From positions 29,969 to 93,968 of IMG/VR virus record IMGVR_UViG_3300036861_000507: DNA of 64,000 nucleotides, one strand, 5' to 3'. The position numbers and the translations under genes were made by a program. Position 1 is the stretch's first letter, and the number at the start of each line of letters is the position of its first letter. Below the pieces are notes generated by a model. That model did not search any database and was not told the origin of the DNA. It saw only the letters and a list, made by a program, of their open reading frames with translations. Origin of the DNA: a virus. Positions 18,172 through 27,344 of this stretch are shown here, one piece after another.

Positions 18172-18888
18172 ATGCGTGCGGCTATATTGACCTTGCGTGT
18201 GGAGTGGGATCGGAGGTGGCAATTCAACGGGCGGCCGAGAAACCTGTTGATCGCTGCGGCGAGCATGGCGGCGGCGACGGGCGTCGGCCTCGCTGCGGGG
18301 CGCTACGGCATTCTGTGGTATGGCTCGCCCTACGTCGCCATCGTGGCGGTAATCGCCAACCGTCTCGGACTCCGTGCGGCACTGCTGGCGGCGGCCATGG
18401 GCATCGCCGCTCTGCATTTTCTGTTCATGGATGCGGACTACACGTGGCCCACCCGCTGCGTGGCCTACCTATCGATCATTGCGGTTGCGGTGTTCGTGGC
18501 CCGGCCGAGGCCGCCGGCGACGACCACGGTCTATGACCGCGGGCCGGACCTGCCATTCACCGGACGCAACGGCGGCAGTAGCGCCGAAGAGAACCAGCAA
18601 GGCGACCGCAGCCTGCATTCGGCAGGCTGGGTTTACTGGGACGTGCGCCCGTCAGGCAAATGGGCCGAGGATTGCCGAGTCGGCAGCGAGTACTGCCGCA
18701 TCTGGATCAACCGCGCTCTCCATGCCGAGCGCGTCCCTCTACTATCTTGGATCGTCCATGACATGGTGCGCGCAGGTCGCTGGTCGGGCGTAGAGGCGGG
18801 CTTCACCAGTGCCTTGGAAAAGCTGGCACTTAGGCCGACCCCACGGGCACCGGGTTCCGCAGAACCACCCCCACAATCGTCGGGTTGA
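18172..18888 (+). CDS. Membrane protein next to CI
   Basis: About four hydrophobic segments then soluble domain; GGAGG RBS. Confidence 0.65.
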   Translation: MRAAILTLRVEWDRRWQFNGRPRNLLIAAASMAAATGVGLAAGRYGILWYGSPYVAIVAVIANRLGLRAALLAAAMGIAALHFLFMDADYTWPTRCVAYLSIIAVAVFVARPRPPATTTVYDRGPDLPFTGRNGGSSAEENQQGDRSLHSAGWVYWDVRPSGKWAEDCRVGSEYCRIWINRALHAERVPLLSWIVHDMVRAGRWSGVEAGFTSALEKLALRPTPRAPGSAEPPPQSSG

Positions 18889-19384
18889 CGGTCGGGTCGC
18901 TCAGGTCGATCGCCAGATTGGCGCCGCCGCGATTGGTGACTAGCATGGATGGCGGCACGAACTGCCGCAGGGCCCGCTTGCGTTCCGGCCCGATCTCCAC
19001 CAGCACTACGTCGAGACCCTTGGGATTGGCCACGGCCTCGGGCGATTCGTCAACGGTGATGACGTCTCCGGGACCGATTCCCAGGTTGACCACGGACCGC
19101 TCGGTGACGCGGTAGACCCGCAAGCCCCGGCTGGCGATGGCCGCCACCACGGGGCTCGATTCCATCGGCTCGACCTCGACCGCGACCTCTGCCGCCACGA
19201 CATTGGCGATCAGATCGGCCGGGTGGCAGTTCAGAACCTCGGATAGCCGTTCCATCCATTCCTGCGTCAGCTTCGTGGCGCCGCTCTCGAGGCGCCAGAT
19301 GTGATTGGCCGTGGTCCCGACGAGGTCGGCCAGGGCTTCCTGGGTGAGCGTGGCTCGTTCGCGCAGTTCTTTGATGCGGTTCAT
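18830..19384 (-). CDS. CI-like repressor (XRE HTH plus degenerate S24 domain)
   Basis: MNRIKELRERATLTQEALADLVG..WRLESG; divergent from cro. Confidence 0.88.
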   Translation of the reverse strand: MNRIKELRERATLTQEALADLVGTTANHIWRLESGATKLTQEWMERLSEVLNCHPADLIANVVAAEVAVEVEPMESSPVVAAIASRGLRVYRVTERSVVNLGIGPGDVITVDESPEAVANPKGLDVVLVEIGPERKRALRQFVPPSMLVTNRGGANLAIDLSDPTVNPTIVGVVLRNPVPVGSA

Positions 19385-19483
19385 GGCGGGTTCTGCATAG
19401 CCACGCCACTTTTCGCATTCATCTACGAAGCTAGTCGGTTGTACTGGCATGACGCAAACCCGTAACTGAGATACTCCACAGCA

Positions 19484-19512
19484 TTGACGTAACTCTACCC
19501 ATCCGGTAGAGT
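19484..19512 (+). promoter_or_regulatory. Rightward promoter with operator CTCTACC-N5-GGTAGAG
   Basis: TTGACG-17-TAGAGT; palindrome 19493-19511; cro ATG 8 nt after -10 (leaderless). Confidence 0.8.
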
Positions 19513-19520
19513 GCTTCGCC

Positions 19521-19724
19521 ATGAAGCTAACCGACTACCTGAAGAAGCACAAGATTTCGGTCGCCGACTTCGCCAAGAGCGTCGGCGTCGATCAGGACAG
19601 CGTCTACCGCTACTGCAACGGCACGCGGCGGCCGAGTTGGCGCGTGCTCCCCAAGATCATGTCGGTGACGGGCGGAAAGGTGAAGGCCGAGAGTTTTTTG
19701 CCTCGGCCCAGCCGCGCCGCGTGA
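19521..19724 (+). CDS. cro: Cro-like regulator
   Basis: MKLTDYL..FAKSVGV..VYRY..G.RRP..I..VTGGKV. Confidence 0.88.
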   Translation: MKLTDYLKKHKISVADFAKSVGVDQDSVYRYCNGTRRPSWRVLPKIMSVTGGKVKAESFLPRPSRAA

Positions 19725-19756
19725 AGCGAGTGAACCGAGGCTCTGGATAAAAAACG

Positions 19757-20422
19757 ATGACCCGGCGGTCGATAGCATCACTGGCACCCGAGGAGGTGAT
19801 CGGCGACGGCTCGCAGGCGGTCTACCTGTACTTTGCCGAAACGGAGCGCCGGCTCGCATGCCTTGAAGGACGCTACCGCTGGCCCTGCAAGATCGGCCGC
19901 ACGGGCGGCGATGTCGCCCAGCGCATCTATCAGCAAGGAACCACGGCCTGCATGGCTAGGGCCCCGATCGTCGGGCTCTCGATCCAAACCGATGACGCCA
20001 TTCAGTTGGAGCGCAGCATCCATCTTCATCTGCGCCTGAAGGGCGCCGCGCTCCCGGGTGCGATCGGCCGGGAATGGTTCGAGACCTCGCCCGGTGAGGT
20101 GCGTGATCTCTTCCTCTCGGGCGTAGCGAGCACCATCCCAATACTGCCCCGCCGGGCCGCGTCGTTGAAGGCGAAACGACCGAAGGCAGAGAGGGATCAG
20201 GCTCTGCTTGAGGCCTTTGCACGCATGCGCCCAAGCGCAATCGCAACCAAGCTCGGGCTGACGGCGGCCGCCGTATGCGCATGGAGGACGATCCCGGCAA
20301 AGCATGTGCGTGTGGTCCAGCAATTGACCGGGATAGGCGCTCATTTGCTGAGACCTGATCTGTTTCGTCCAGAGCACAGCCGGAGTTTCGCAGCAATGGC
20401 GCTGACGAGTTCCCCTCCGTAG
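19757..20422 (+). CDS. GIY-YIG nuclease fused to YdaS/Cro-like HTH
   Basis: VYLY..KIGRT..LERSIH..REWF then IATKLGLTAAAVCAW..LRPDLF. Confidence 0.72.
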   Translation: MTRRSIASLAPEEVIGDGSQAVYLYFAETERRLACLEGRYRWPCKIGRTGGDVAQRIYQQGTTACMARAPIVGLSIQTDDAIQLERSIHLHLRLKGAALPGAIGREWFETSPGEVRDLFLSGVASTIPILPRRAASLKAKRPKAERDQALLEAFARMRPSAIATKLGLTAAAVCAWRTIPAKHVRVVQQLTGIGAHLLRPDLFRPEHSRSFAAMALTSSPP

Positions 20423-20824
20423 CGTTCCCCGTTCCGTTGCGTCCCTGCGCGTCGCCTTCGGCTCGTCCATCACGGTTGGTTGGGAGAGCCCAAGTCGATC
20501 ACGTCGCGTTTCCCGTGCGTGGATCATAGGAGGGCGCTGTAGGTGGCCGCCCTAGCACACTAAGACCCCCTGCGCGCCCGCCGCGCACCGGCCTTCGACA
20601 TTGGGCCGCAGACACGGGCAAGGAGGTCGAGCCGCCGGCGTGAGGTTGCGTCTCCTGCGTCAAGAGAAATCCGGTTCAGGCTGGCGTCGGCGTGCGTGCT
20701 CGCTTCCGTCAGTCATCGTTTCGCCAGTGCTGCGGTGAGGCCTCACGCGGCGCGGGAACGATGACTGCTCCACCGGAGGCAGCGCGTGGCGCGGCCGGCC
20801 TGAACCAGAACACCGGAGCCGCAC

Positions 20825-20980
20825 ATGCTCGTCTCTCCCAAATCGATGCTCCAACTGCTGGGGCTGGTCCTGCTGATGGCCGTGGCCGTCAACCTCGCCG
20901 CCTGCTCGCAGGCGCGATTCCTCGGCACCGAGGACTTCTACGCGACCCAGGCCCGTCAATCGGGCGGGTCAGCGGAATGA
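20825..20980 (+). CDS. Small lipoprotein
   Basis: Hydrophobic leader ending LAAC. Confidence 0.5.
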   Translation: MLVSPKSMLQLLGLVLLMAVAVNLAACSQARFLGTEDFYATQARQSGGSAE

Positions 20981-20992
20981 CAGGGGCGTGCC

Positions 20993-21550
20993 GTGAGCGG
21001 CTGGACTGACGAAAGGGTCGAGCTTTTAAAGCAGCTGGTGGCCGACGGCCTGAGCGCTGCGCAATGCGCCGCTCGGCTCGGCGGCTTCAAGCATTGCGCC
21101 GATGGTGGGCGCTCCGCCGTGATCGGCAAGACGCATCGGCTCGGCATCGCCCAGAGCCGCTCCAGTTATGTGTCCAAGCCACGACGCGGAGCAGGCAAGA
21201 CCAAGCCGCGCAAGCTGCACCGGCTCTCTCCAGATCACGCCGCCCTGGCGCAGATGCGGCGGGAGGCGTTCCGGGCCGAGCCGGACCTCGTCGTGCCCGA
21301 GAACGAGCGGCGCGGCCTGCTCGATCTGCAGCCTGGAACTTGTAAATGGCCGATTGGGGATCCCAAGGCACCCGACTTCCACTTCTGCAATCGGATGCAG
21401 ATCGGCACCGACTCGCACGCCCGCCGCGGCATGCACGTCTACTGTGAATTCCACGCAGCCCGTTCGAGCGATGGCCCGGCCGTTCGCAGCCGGAGACCTT
21501 CTGCCGCTCCGGCTCCGGCTCGCCAGCGCGAAGACATGGAGACCGCATGA
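20993..21550 (+). CDS. gcrA: GcrA-family regulator
   Basis: WTDERVELLK..GLSA..RSAVIGK.HRLG and LLDL..CKWPIGDP..FHFC..YCEFH. Confidence 0.9.
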   Translation: MSGWTDERVELLKQLVADGLSAAQCAARLGGFKHCADGGRSAVIGKTHRLGIAQSRSSYVSKPRRGAGKTKPRKLHRLSPDHAALAQMRREAFRAEPDLVVPENERRGLLDLQPGTCKWPIGDPKAPDFHFCNRMQIGTDSHARRGMHVYCEFHAARSSDGPAVRSRRPSAAPAPARQREDMETA

Positions 21551-21810
21551 CTCCCGAACAAGCGCGCGCCGACATCTCCGTCATCCTCGCCACCAGGGCC
21601 GAGTTCTGGGAGCGCATCTGGGGCATGGCCTCGGCCGGCTACAAGCCGCCGGGCGTGGCCGGACCGCCCCTCCTGTCACAGCACCAGCGGGCCATGCTCG
21701 GCCACTCGCTCGGGGAGCGGAAGGCGCGACACATCCAGCAGGAGATGCGCGAGGGGCGGAGTGTGCGCGAGCGGGCGCGCGGCAGTGGGTGGGTGGTCAG
21801 GAATTCATAA
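21547..21810 (+). CDS. Hypothetical protein
   Basis: Coupled ORF. Confidence 0.5.
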   Translation: MTPEQARADISVILATRAEFWERIWGMASAGYKPPGVAGPPLLSQHQRAMLGHSLGERKARHIQQEMREGRSVRERARGSGWVVRNS

Positions 21811-21828
21811 GGGGACGGAGAGGGACAG

Positions 21829-23508
21829 ATGCACGTGAAATCGGACGGAGCCTTTCAGCGCTACACGCTCGGGCCGCTTGGATTGGCAGCGTCGCTGATC
21901 ATTCTGGCCGTCAGCGCGAGCATGAACTATCGCTTCGGCTACAGCCTCGGCAAGTCGCCACTCGACTCGCTGATCTACGGCTGGGCCTCGGTCGGCGCCG
22001 ACATCTTGAAGGCGATCGCGCCGTTCCTGTTCTTCGCCGCCGTCACCAGCCGGCGCAAGGCGGTGGCGGTGGCGGCAGGGCTCGTATGGGTGGTAACGAC
22101 CTGTTACGGCCTCACCAGCGCCGCCGGCCATGCCGCGCTCAACCGGCTCGACACCACCGGACAGCGCGCCGTGGCTGCGGATAGCTACAAGGACACCCGC
22201 TCCGATCTGTCCGAGGCCCGCAAGGCGCTCGGTTTCATCCCGGCGCACCGCGGCGAGTCGGCGGTGCGCGCCGAGCTCGAGAAGCTCAAGACCAACCGGG
22301 CATGGTCGCAGACCAACGAATGCGGCGAGGTCGGCGGCAAGGCAGAGCGAACCTTCTGCGCGCAGTACCAGACGCTCAAGGGCGAGCTGGGCAACGCCGA
22401 GAACGCCACCAAGCTGACGGCGCGCATCGATGTCCTGACCGCCAAGCTCGACAAGGTTTCCGAAGGCGGCGGCGCCGTTCTCTCCGAGGCCGATCCGCAG
22501 GCCTCGATCCTGGCCCGGCTGTCGCGCCAGGACGTGCCGACCGTGCAGTTGGGGTTGGCCCTCCTGATCGTCTTGATGCTGGAGATCGGCGGCGGGCTCG
22601 GTCCCTACGCCTCGCTCTGGTACATGACGGGTGGCGTCAGGGTCGTCGATCTGAAGCCGGAAAGCGCGCCCGATGCCGTGGCTGCAGCGGCACCGACAGT
22701 TGCATTGGCATCGCCGCTAGCTGTTCTGGCCTTGGCGGGCGTTCCCTCGGGTTCACCCGCGGGCCCCGCGTTGCCGGCCCAACCGGCGATAATCGGGGAA
22801 TCCGCGATCGCAGAGGCCAAACCCGAGCCCGTTCCGGCGACCGCCGGGTTGCCGAAGCCCACGCCCAAGGCCGCCGACAACCGGCCCATCAACATCTTCC
22901 TGGGCCGGCCGATCCCCGGTTCCGAACCGGAGCTGCGTTCCTTCGGCTTCCCGGTCGACGGCCGGCCGCCGGGACCGGCGCGCTCCAAGCTCCCCGTCAA
23001 GGACGAGGCCGATCAGTTCTGCCGGGCACTGAGGGCCTACGGCATGGCCGATACCCCGATCTGGCGGAACGAGGTGCCCAAGCTCTACCGCCAATACTCG
23101 ATCGCCAACCACCGCGAGATGGTGGAGGAGGCGGCGCTCCTCGATGTGATGCAGAGGATGCGCTCCAAGGGCGTCGAGTACGGCAACATGCGCTACGACG
23201 GCGACAACAAGCGCCTGTCCTACCGCATTGCCGGCAAGCAGTACCCAAAGCCGAAAGTCTCCAACGACAACACCGCCCCCAAGGAGGTGGGCGGACCGAA
23301 GTCTTTCCCTACCGTATCGTCGGCGGAGCCGGCGAATGACGCTCCGCCGCAGAAGCCCGCCCTCCGCATCGTTCCCCGCGCTCCCGCCTTCCTCAGCGAG
23401 CACGAGCGCTGGGACATCGCCGAGGCGCGCAAGGTGAAGTGGGAAGCCACGGCTCGCTCGAGGAAACAGCGTGGATCACGTGTGCATAAGCTGGGGAGAG
23501 CGGCCTAG
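21829..23508 (+). CDS. Multi-TM membrane protein with coiled coil and Pro-rich tail
   Basis: Three N-terminal TM segments, coiled coil with C..C, further TM. Confidence 0.75.
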   Translation: MHVKSDGAFQRYTLGPLGLAASLIILAVSASMNYRFGYSLGKSPLDSLIYGWASVGADILKAIAPFLFFAAVTSRRKAVAVAAGLVWVVTTCYGLTSAAGHAALNRLDTTGQRAVAADSYKDTRSDLSEARKALGFIPAHRGESAVRAELEKLKTNRAWSQTNECGEVGGKAERTFCAQYQTLKGELGNAENATKLTARIDVLTAKLDKVSEGGGAVLSEADPQASILARLSRQDVPTVQLGLALLIVLMLEIGGGLGPYASLWYMTGGVRVVDLKPESAPDAVAAAAPTVALASPLAVLALAGVPSGSPAGPALPAQPAIIGESAIAEAKPEPVPATAGLPKPTPKAADNRPINIFLGRPIPGSEPELRSFGFPVDGRPPGPARSKLPVKDEADQFCRALRAYGMADTPIWRNEVPKLYRQYSIANHREMVEEAALLDVMQRMRSKGVEYGNMRYDGDNKRLSYRIAGKQYPKPKVSNDNTAPKEVGGPKSFPTVSSAEPANDAPPQKPALRIVPRAPAFLSEHERWDIAEARKVKWEATARSRKQRGSRVHKLGRAA

Positions 23509-23639
23509 ATGAAGCGTTACGAGCCCACCACGCCGATCATCCGACGCACCCGCCTCATCAGGGTCGAGAGGGTCGTGCGCGTGTCGAGGGTGGCGGCACG
23601 CAGGAAGAGGTTGGCGTTGCTCGATAGGAGGGCGGCCTA

Positions 23640-23708
23640 GTGACTGATCTGATCCGCGACTACCTGCCATGGCTGCTCTCCGCCATCACTGGGGGCGCAC
23701 ATGGCTGA
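23640..23708 (+). pseudogene. 5' remnant of PnuC-like gene interrupted by HNH insertion
   Basis: MTDLIRDYLPWLLSAIT matches N-terminus of 24234 gene (IIIAYLPWLLSALT). Confidence 0.7.
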
Positions 23709-24237
23709 ACTGACGGTCGAGCGTCTGCGCGCTCTATTGGATTACAATCCCCTAAGTGGCGTGTTCACTTGGAAAACGAGAACCGTGTTCACGAAGTGGG
23801 ACAAGGTGTGGAACACGCGTTTCGCTGGCAAGACGGCTGGCGGCAAATCTCAACTGAAGCACCGTAAGAGTCCACAATGGACGATCGCGATTGATAACCG
23901 CAAATACCTAGCTCACCGCCTTGCGTGGCTCCATCACTACGGCGTCTGGCCGACTCTGGACGTCGACCATCGCGACACCGACAGCTGCAACAACAGGATT
24001 GCTAATCTGCGCGAGGCAACGGGCGCGCAGAACCAGGCGAACGGCGGCTCTCACTCTCACAGCCACTGTGGGATCAAGGGCGTGTCATTCCATAAGCTGA
24101 CCGGCAGGTGGATGGCGCGCATCGCAGCCAACGGCAAGCAGCACTATCTTGGTCTGTTCGACAGCGCGGACGCAGCACGCGCCGCCTATGCCGCCGCCGC
24201 ACCAATCCATCACGGCGAATTCGCGAGGCTCCGATGA
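23701..24237 (+). CDS. HNH-AP2 homing endonuclease
   Basis: YLAHRLAW, DHRD..NNRIANLR, GIKGV..W.A.I..YLGLF..HGEFA. Confidence 0.9.
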   Translation: MAELTVERLRALLDYNPLSGVFTWKTRTVFTKWDKVWNTRFAGKTAGGKSQLKHRKSPQWTIAIDNRKYLAHRLAWLHHYGVWPTLDVDHRDTDSCNNRIANLREATGAQNQANGGSHSHSHCGIKGVSFHKLTGRWMARIAANGKQHYLGLFDSADAARAAYAAAAPIHHGEFARLR

Positions 24238-24536
24238 CGTGGCGCGACATCATCATCGCTTATCTGCCGTGGCTGTTGTCGGCACTGACGGTTTACATGA
24301 CCCTTCTTGCCGGCAACAAGCACCCGTCAGCGTGGGCCGTCGGCCTCGTCAATCAGGCGCTGTGGCTCGGCTGGATCGTCACGGTCGGCGCCTGGGGATT
24401 GCTGCCGATGAACGCGGCGCTGTGGGTCGTCTACGCGCGCAATCACTTCAAGTGGAGGATGCCCAATGACGTGATCCCGAAAAGCGAGAAGGCCCCGGAG
24501 GGCGAACCCCGGGGCCTTCGAATTCCAACCGCGTAA
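24234..24536 (+). CDS. PnuC-like small membrane protein
   Basis: Trp-rich TM helices WAVGLVNQALW. Confidence 0.65.
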   Translation: MTWRDIIIAYLPWLLSALTVYMTLLAGNKHPSAWAVGLVNQALWLGWIVTVGAWGLLPMNAALWVVYARNHFKWRMPNDVIPKSEKAPEGEPRGLRIPTA

Positions 24537-24598
24537 GCGTCCACCCGACCAAAGGAGACACTCACAATGTCACAGCGAAACCAGAGGAGATTTCAACC

Positions 24599-25504
24599 GT
24601 GAACGCACAGAATGTACACGACAAAGGCAGCAAAAGCAAGGCGCCAATGCCGTGGTTCAAGATGTATCCAGAGGCATATCTGGAGGGCACACGAAAGCTA
24701 ACACCAGAGCAGCGCGGTATTTATTCCGACTGCCTGATGCTGCTCTACAAGCACGACAAGCCGCTTCCGAAAAATGATGCCTGGATGGCGTGCGAGCTGC
24801 ATGTGAACGTCAAGGTCTGGCGACGGGTGCGGGATCTTCTGCTCTCGCTCGGGAAGCTGATCGAAATGCCAGATGGGTACATCAACAACCGCGCCGCAAT
24901 CGAGTGTGAAGAGCGGTTGAAACGCCGTTCCAACAAGGTTGCAAGCCAGTTGCAACTTGGTTTGCAACTCGGTTCCAAACCAACTGCAACCGAGTTGCAA
25001 ACCGTTTCCGACCCAGGATTGCCCAGCGATAACAACGACCGGCCTCCGAAGTTGCATGTTATTGCGGGCGCGACTTCGGCACCAAATGGCCCGAGACACG
25101 CGTGCGCGCGCGCGCGCGCCTCAGATCATCAGATCATAGAAGAAGAGAAAGATAGTTCTTCTTCTGATGCTCCGCTGATTGATGATGATCCCCTCAAGCG
25201 CAGGCGGACGTTGCCGTCACATTTGGTGATGGCGCTGGCTAACCACGTCGGGACCGAACGCGCGCAGGAGATCGCCGACGAGTACATGGGCAGTGAGTTC
25301 GGCAGAGGCGCCAAGGTCTTTGAGCGCGCCTTCCCGGCATGGGTGCTGAAAGTTCACAAGATCAACATCGACGCAGCGCATGCGCCGACGTTAGCCGCAG
25401 AGATCATCGCTCTGTGTGGAACCGATGCGAGCGGCAAGCTGGACTTGTCGTTACCGAAGCGTGTGAGCCAAGCACCCCCGCCGAACAAGGGGAGGGCTGC
25501 GTAA
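24599..25504 (+). CDS. DUF1376/YdaU replication initiator
   Basis: PWFKMYPEAYLEGT..L.PEQRGIY..L. Confidence 0.8.
   Translation: MNAQNVHDKGSKSKAPMPWFKMYPEAYLEGTRKLTPEQRGIYSDCLMLLYKHDKPLPKNDAWMACELHVNVKVWRRVRDLLLSLGKLIEMPDGYINNRAAIECEERLKRRSNKVASQLQLGLQLGSKPTATELQTVSDPGLPSDNNDRPPKLHVIAGATSAPNGPRHACARARASDHQIIEEEKDSSSSDAPLIDDDPLKRRRTLPSHLVMALANHVGTERAQEIADEYMGSEFGRGAKVFERAFPAWVLKVHKINIDAAHAPTLAAEIIALCGTDASGKLDLSLPKRVSQAPPPNKGRAA
24931..25002. repeat. Iteron-like (G)TTGCAA repeats, putative origin
   Basis: GTTGCAA, GTTGCAAC, TTTGCAAC, GTTCCAA, CTGCAAC, GTTGCAA at about 11-bp spacing inside the initiator. Confidence 0.65.
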
Positions 25505-26130
25505 TGGATAACGCTCCTTTCGGCTCACCGATTGAGATCGAGCTGGCGGCCGGCATCGTCGAACATGGCGGAATGCAATTCGTGCCCAAGTTCGGCTTGC
25601 CTTACGAGGAGATCCGCAACGAAGCAGCGAAGGCCATTGGCCGAAGAGACCAGGCGCGCCTCAAGAAGGCGGTCGTTTTTCCGCAAGTGAAGATCGCCAA
25701 GTATGTCGTCGATTTCCTGGCTCTGTTTTGGGACGACCGCGATTTCATCATGCCGATCGCCGTCGAGTGCGACGGGCATGATTTTCACGAACGCACGCCC
25801 CGACAGGCCCAATACGACAAGCTGCGCGACCGTTTCTTCGCAACCAACTCGATTTTCGTCATGCGGTTCACGGGCCGCGAAATCAAGCGCGATCCCGTCG
25901 ACTGTGCGCGCCAAGTCTATCGAGCGACGGAGTTCACCGCACGCGGTCCATCCGCCAGCTTGGTGGGCGTGCAGTGGATCCTCTCCGAAGCTGAACTCGA
26001 TGTGCTGCTTGAAGCGCAAGAGCACGAAGCCGAGCAAGAGTATTTCCGCGAGCAGCAGATCGAGGACTTCAAGCGCAAGCTGAGCATCGATGAGATCATG
26101 TCGGGTACCTACGAGGGCCTCTACCCATGA
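25504..26130 (+). CDS. DUF559/Vsr-like endonuclease
   Basis: SPIE, YVVDF, AVECDGHDFHE, D..RDR, RFTG.EI. Confidence 0.85.
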   Translation: MDNAPFGSPIEIELAAGIVEHGGMQFVPKFGLPYEEIRNEAAKAIGRRDQARLKKAVVFPQVKIAKYVVDFLALFWDDRDFIMPIAVECDGHDFHERTPRQAQYDKLRDRFFATNSIFVMRFTGREIKRDPVDCARQVYRATEFTARGPSASLVGVQWILSEAELDVLLEAQEHEAEQEYFREQQIEDFKRKLSIDEIMSGTYEGLYP

Positions 26131-26324
26131 CCCTCTACCACCTCACCACCGGCCACTACCCTTCCAAGGCCTACGCCGTCCGCGCTGGCACGCACCAGGA
26201 CGAGCCCGTCATCGCCTGGGTCCAGCGCAAGGGTGCGGCCGCCCTGTTCAAGAAATCCGATGCGCTGAAGTTGGCGCGCAGAATGCGCAAGGTGGTGCGG
26301 GTGAAATTGGAGGTGGCCGCATGA
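26127..26324 (+). CDS. Hypothetical protein
   Basis: Coupled ORF. Confidence 0.55.
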   Translation: MTLYHLTTGHYPSKAYAVRAGTHQDEPVIAWVQRKGAAALFKKSDALKLARRMRKVVRVKLEVAA

Positions 26325-26557
26325 CGCCCTGCACCTACTGCTCCCACCCCCTCAAACCCACCGACTCCCACCTGACCGTCAACGCCATGGACGGGGTCTC
26401 CGGGATGTTCTGCTCGACGCTGTGCTTCGACGGGGCGCGCATGCGGGGAGCGGTGGTGGAGACGGGGTTGCTGCTGGCCGATCTCGATGGAGCACGCGGC
26501 TGGTACGAGTTGATGCTGGAAACGGTTGCACCGCGGATGATCGGGAGGTGTGCGTGA
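26321..26557 (+). CDS. CxxC...FCSxxC zinc-binding protein
   Basis: CTYC, FCSTLC. Confidence 0.55.
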   Translation: MTPCTYCSHPLKPTDSHLTVNAMDGVSGMFCSTLCFDGARMRGAVVETGLLLADLDGARGWYELMLETVAPRMIGRCA

Positions 26558-26562
26558 TGAGG

Positions 26563-26635
26563 GATTCGGGATCAGTTCGGCGGTGTGCCGGTACGGCGGC
26601 TGGAGAAAGTCATCGGACCGTTGGAGCAACGGAGG
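26563..26635 (+). repeat. 73-bp upstream element, copy 1
   Basis: 58/73 ungapped identity to 40672-40744. Confidence 0.75.
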
Positions 26636-26642
26636 GTAAGCC

Positions 26643-27344
26643 ATGACCATCTCGACCTCGACGATCGCTCGACCGAAGGGTCACTCCGCCGTCATGGCGG
26701 GGCGTGTCGAGCCGCCCAGCAGCTTGGACTTTTTCCCGACCCCGCCGTGGGCGACGCGCGCGCTCTGCGAGTGCGTGCTGACCGAGTCCGATTGGCATGG
26801 CCGCAGCGTGTGGGAGCCGGCCGCCGGCGAAGGGCACATGGCCGACGTGCTGCTGGAGTATTTCGCATTTGTCCTCGCGTCCGACGTGCACGACTACGGC
26901 CGTGGTCATGCGATCGGATCATTCACGGGCAGCGGCCCGGACGTGATCGAGTGGGACGGCGAGCATCGTGAGCCGGATTGGACGATTACGAACCCACCGT
27001 TCAACGCTGCAGTCGACTTTGCCGAGCGGGCGCTGCAGGAAGCAACGCATGGGGTCGCGCTGCTGTTGCGCTCGGCCTGGATCGAGGGAGCGGAGCGCTA
27101 CAACCGACTGTTCTCCCGGTGTCCTCCGAGCGTCGTCGCGTTCTTCGTCGAGCGCGTGCCGATGGTCAAAGGCCGCTGGGACCCAAATGCATCGACGGCA
27201 ACGTCCTACGCGTGGTTCGTTTGGCGCATCACCGAAGGCTCACAGCCGACGCAGATGATTTGGATACCGCCGGGCCAGCGCAAAGCCCTGGAGCATCCCG
27301 ACGATCGCCGTCGCTTCGGACCGCAAGAGGTTGCCGTGTCATGA
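26643..27344 (+). CDS. DNA adenine/N4-cytosine methyltransferase
   Basis: FFPTPPWAT, WEPAAGEG, ITNPPF. Confidence 0.88.
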   Translation: MTISTSTIARPKGHSAVMAGRVEPPSSLDFFPTPPWATRALCECVLTESDWHGRSVWEPAAGEGHMADVLLEYFAFVLASDVHDYGRGHAIGSFTGSGPDVIEWDGEHREPDWTITNPPFNAAVDFAERALQEATHGVALLLRSAWIEGAERYNRLFSRCPPSVVAFFVERVPMVKGRWDPNASTATSYAWFVWRITEGSQPTQMIWIPPGQRKALEHPDDRRRFGPQEVAVS

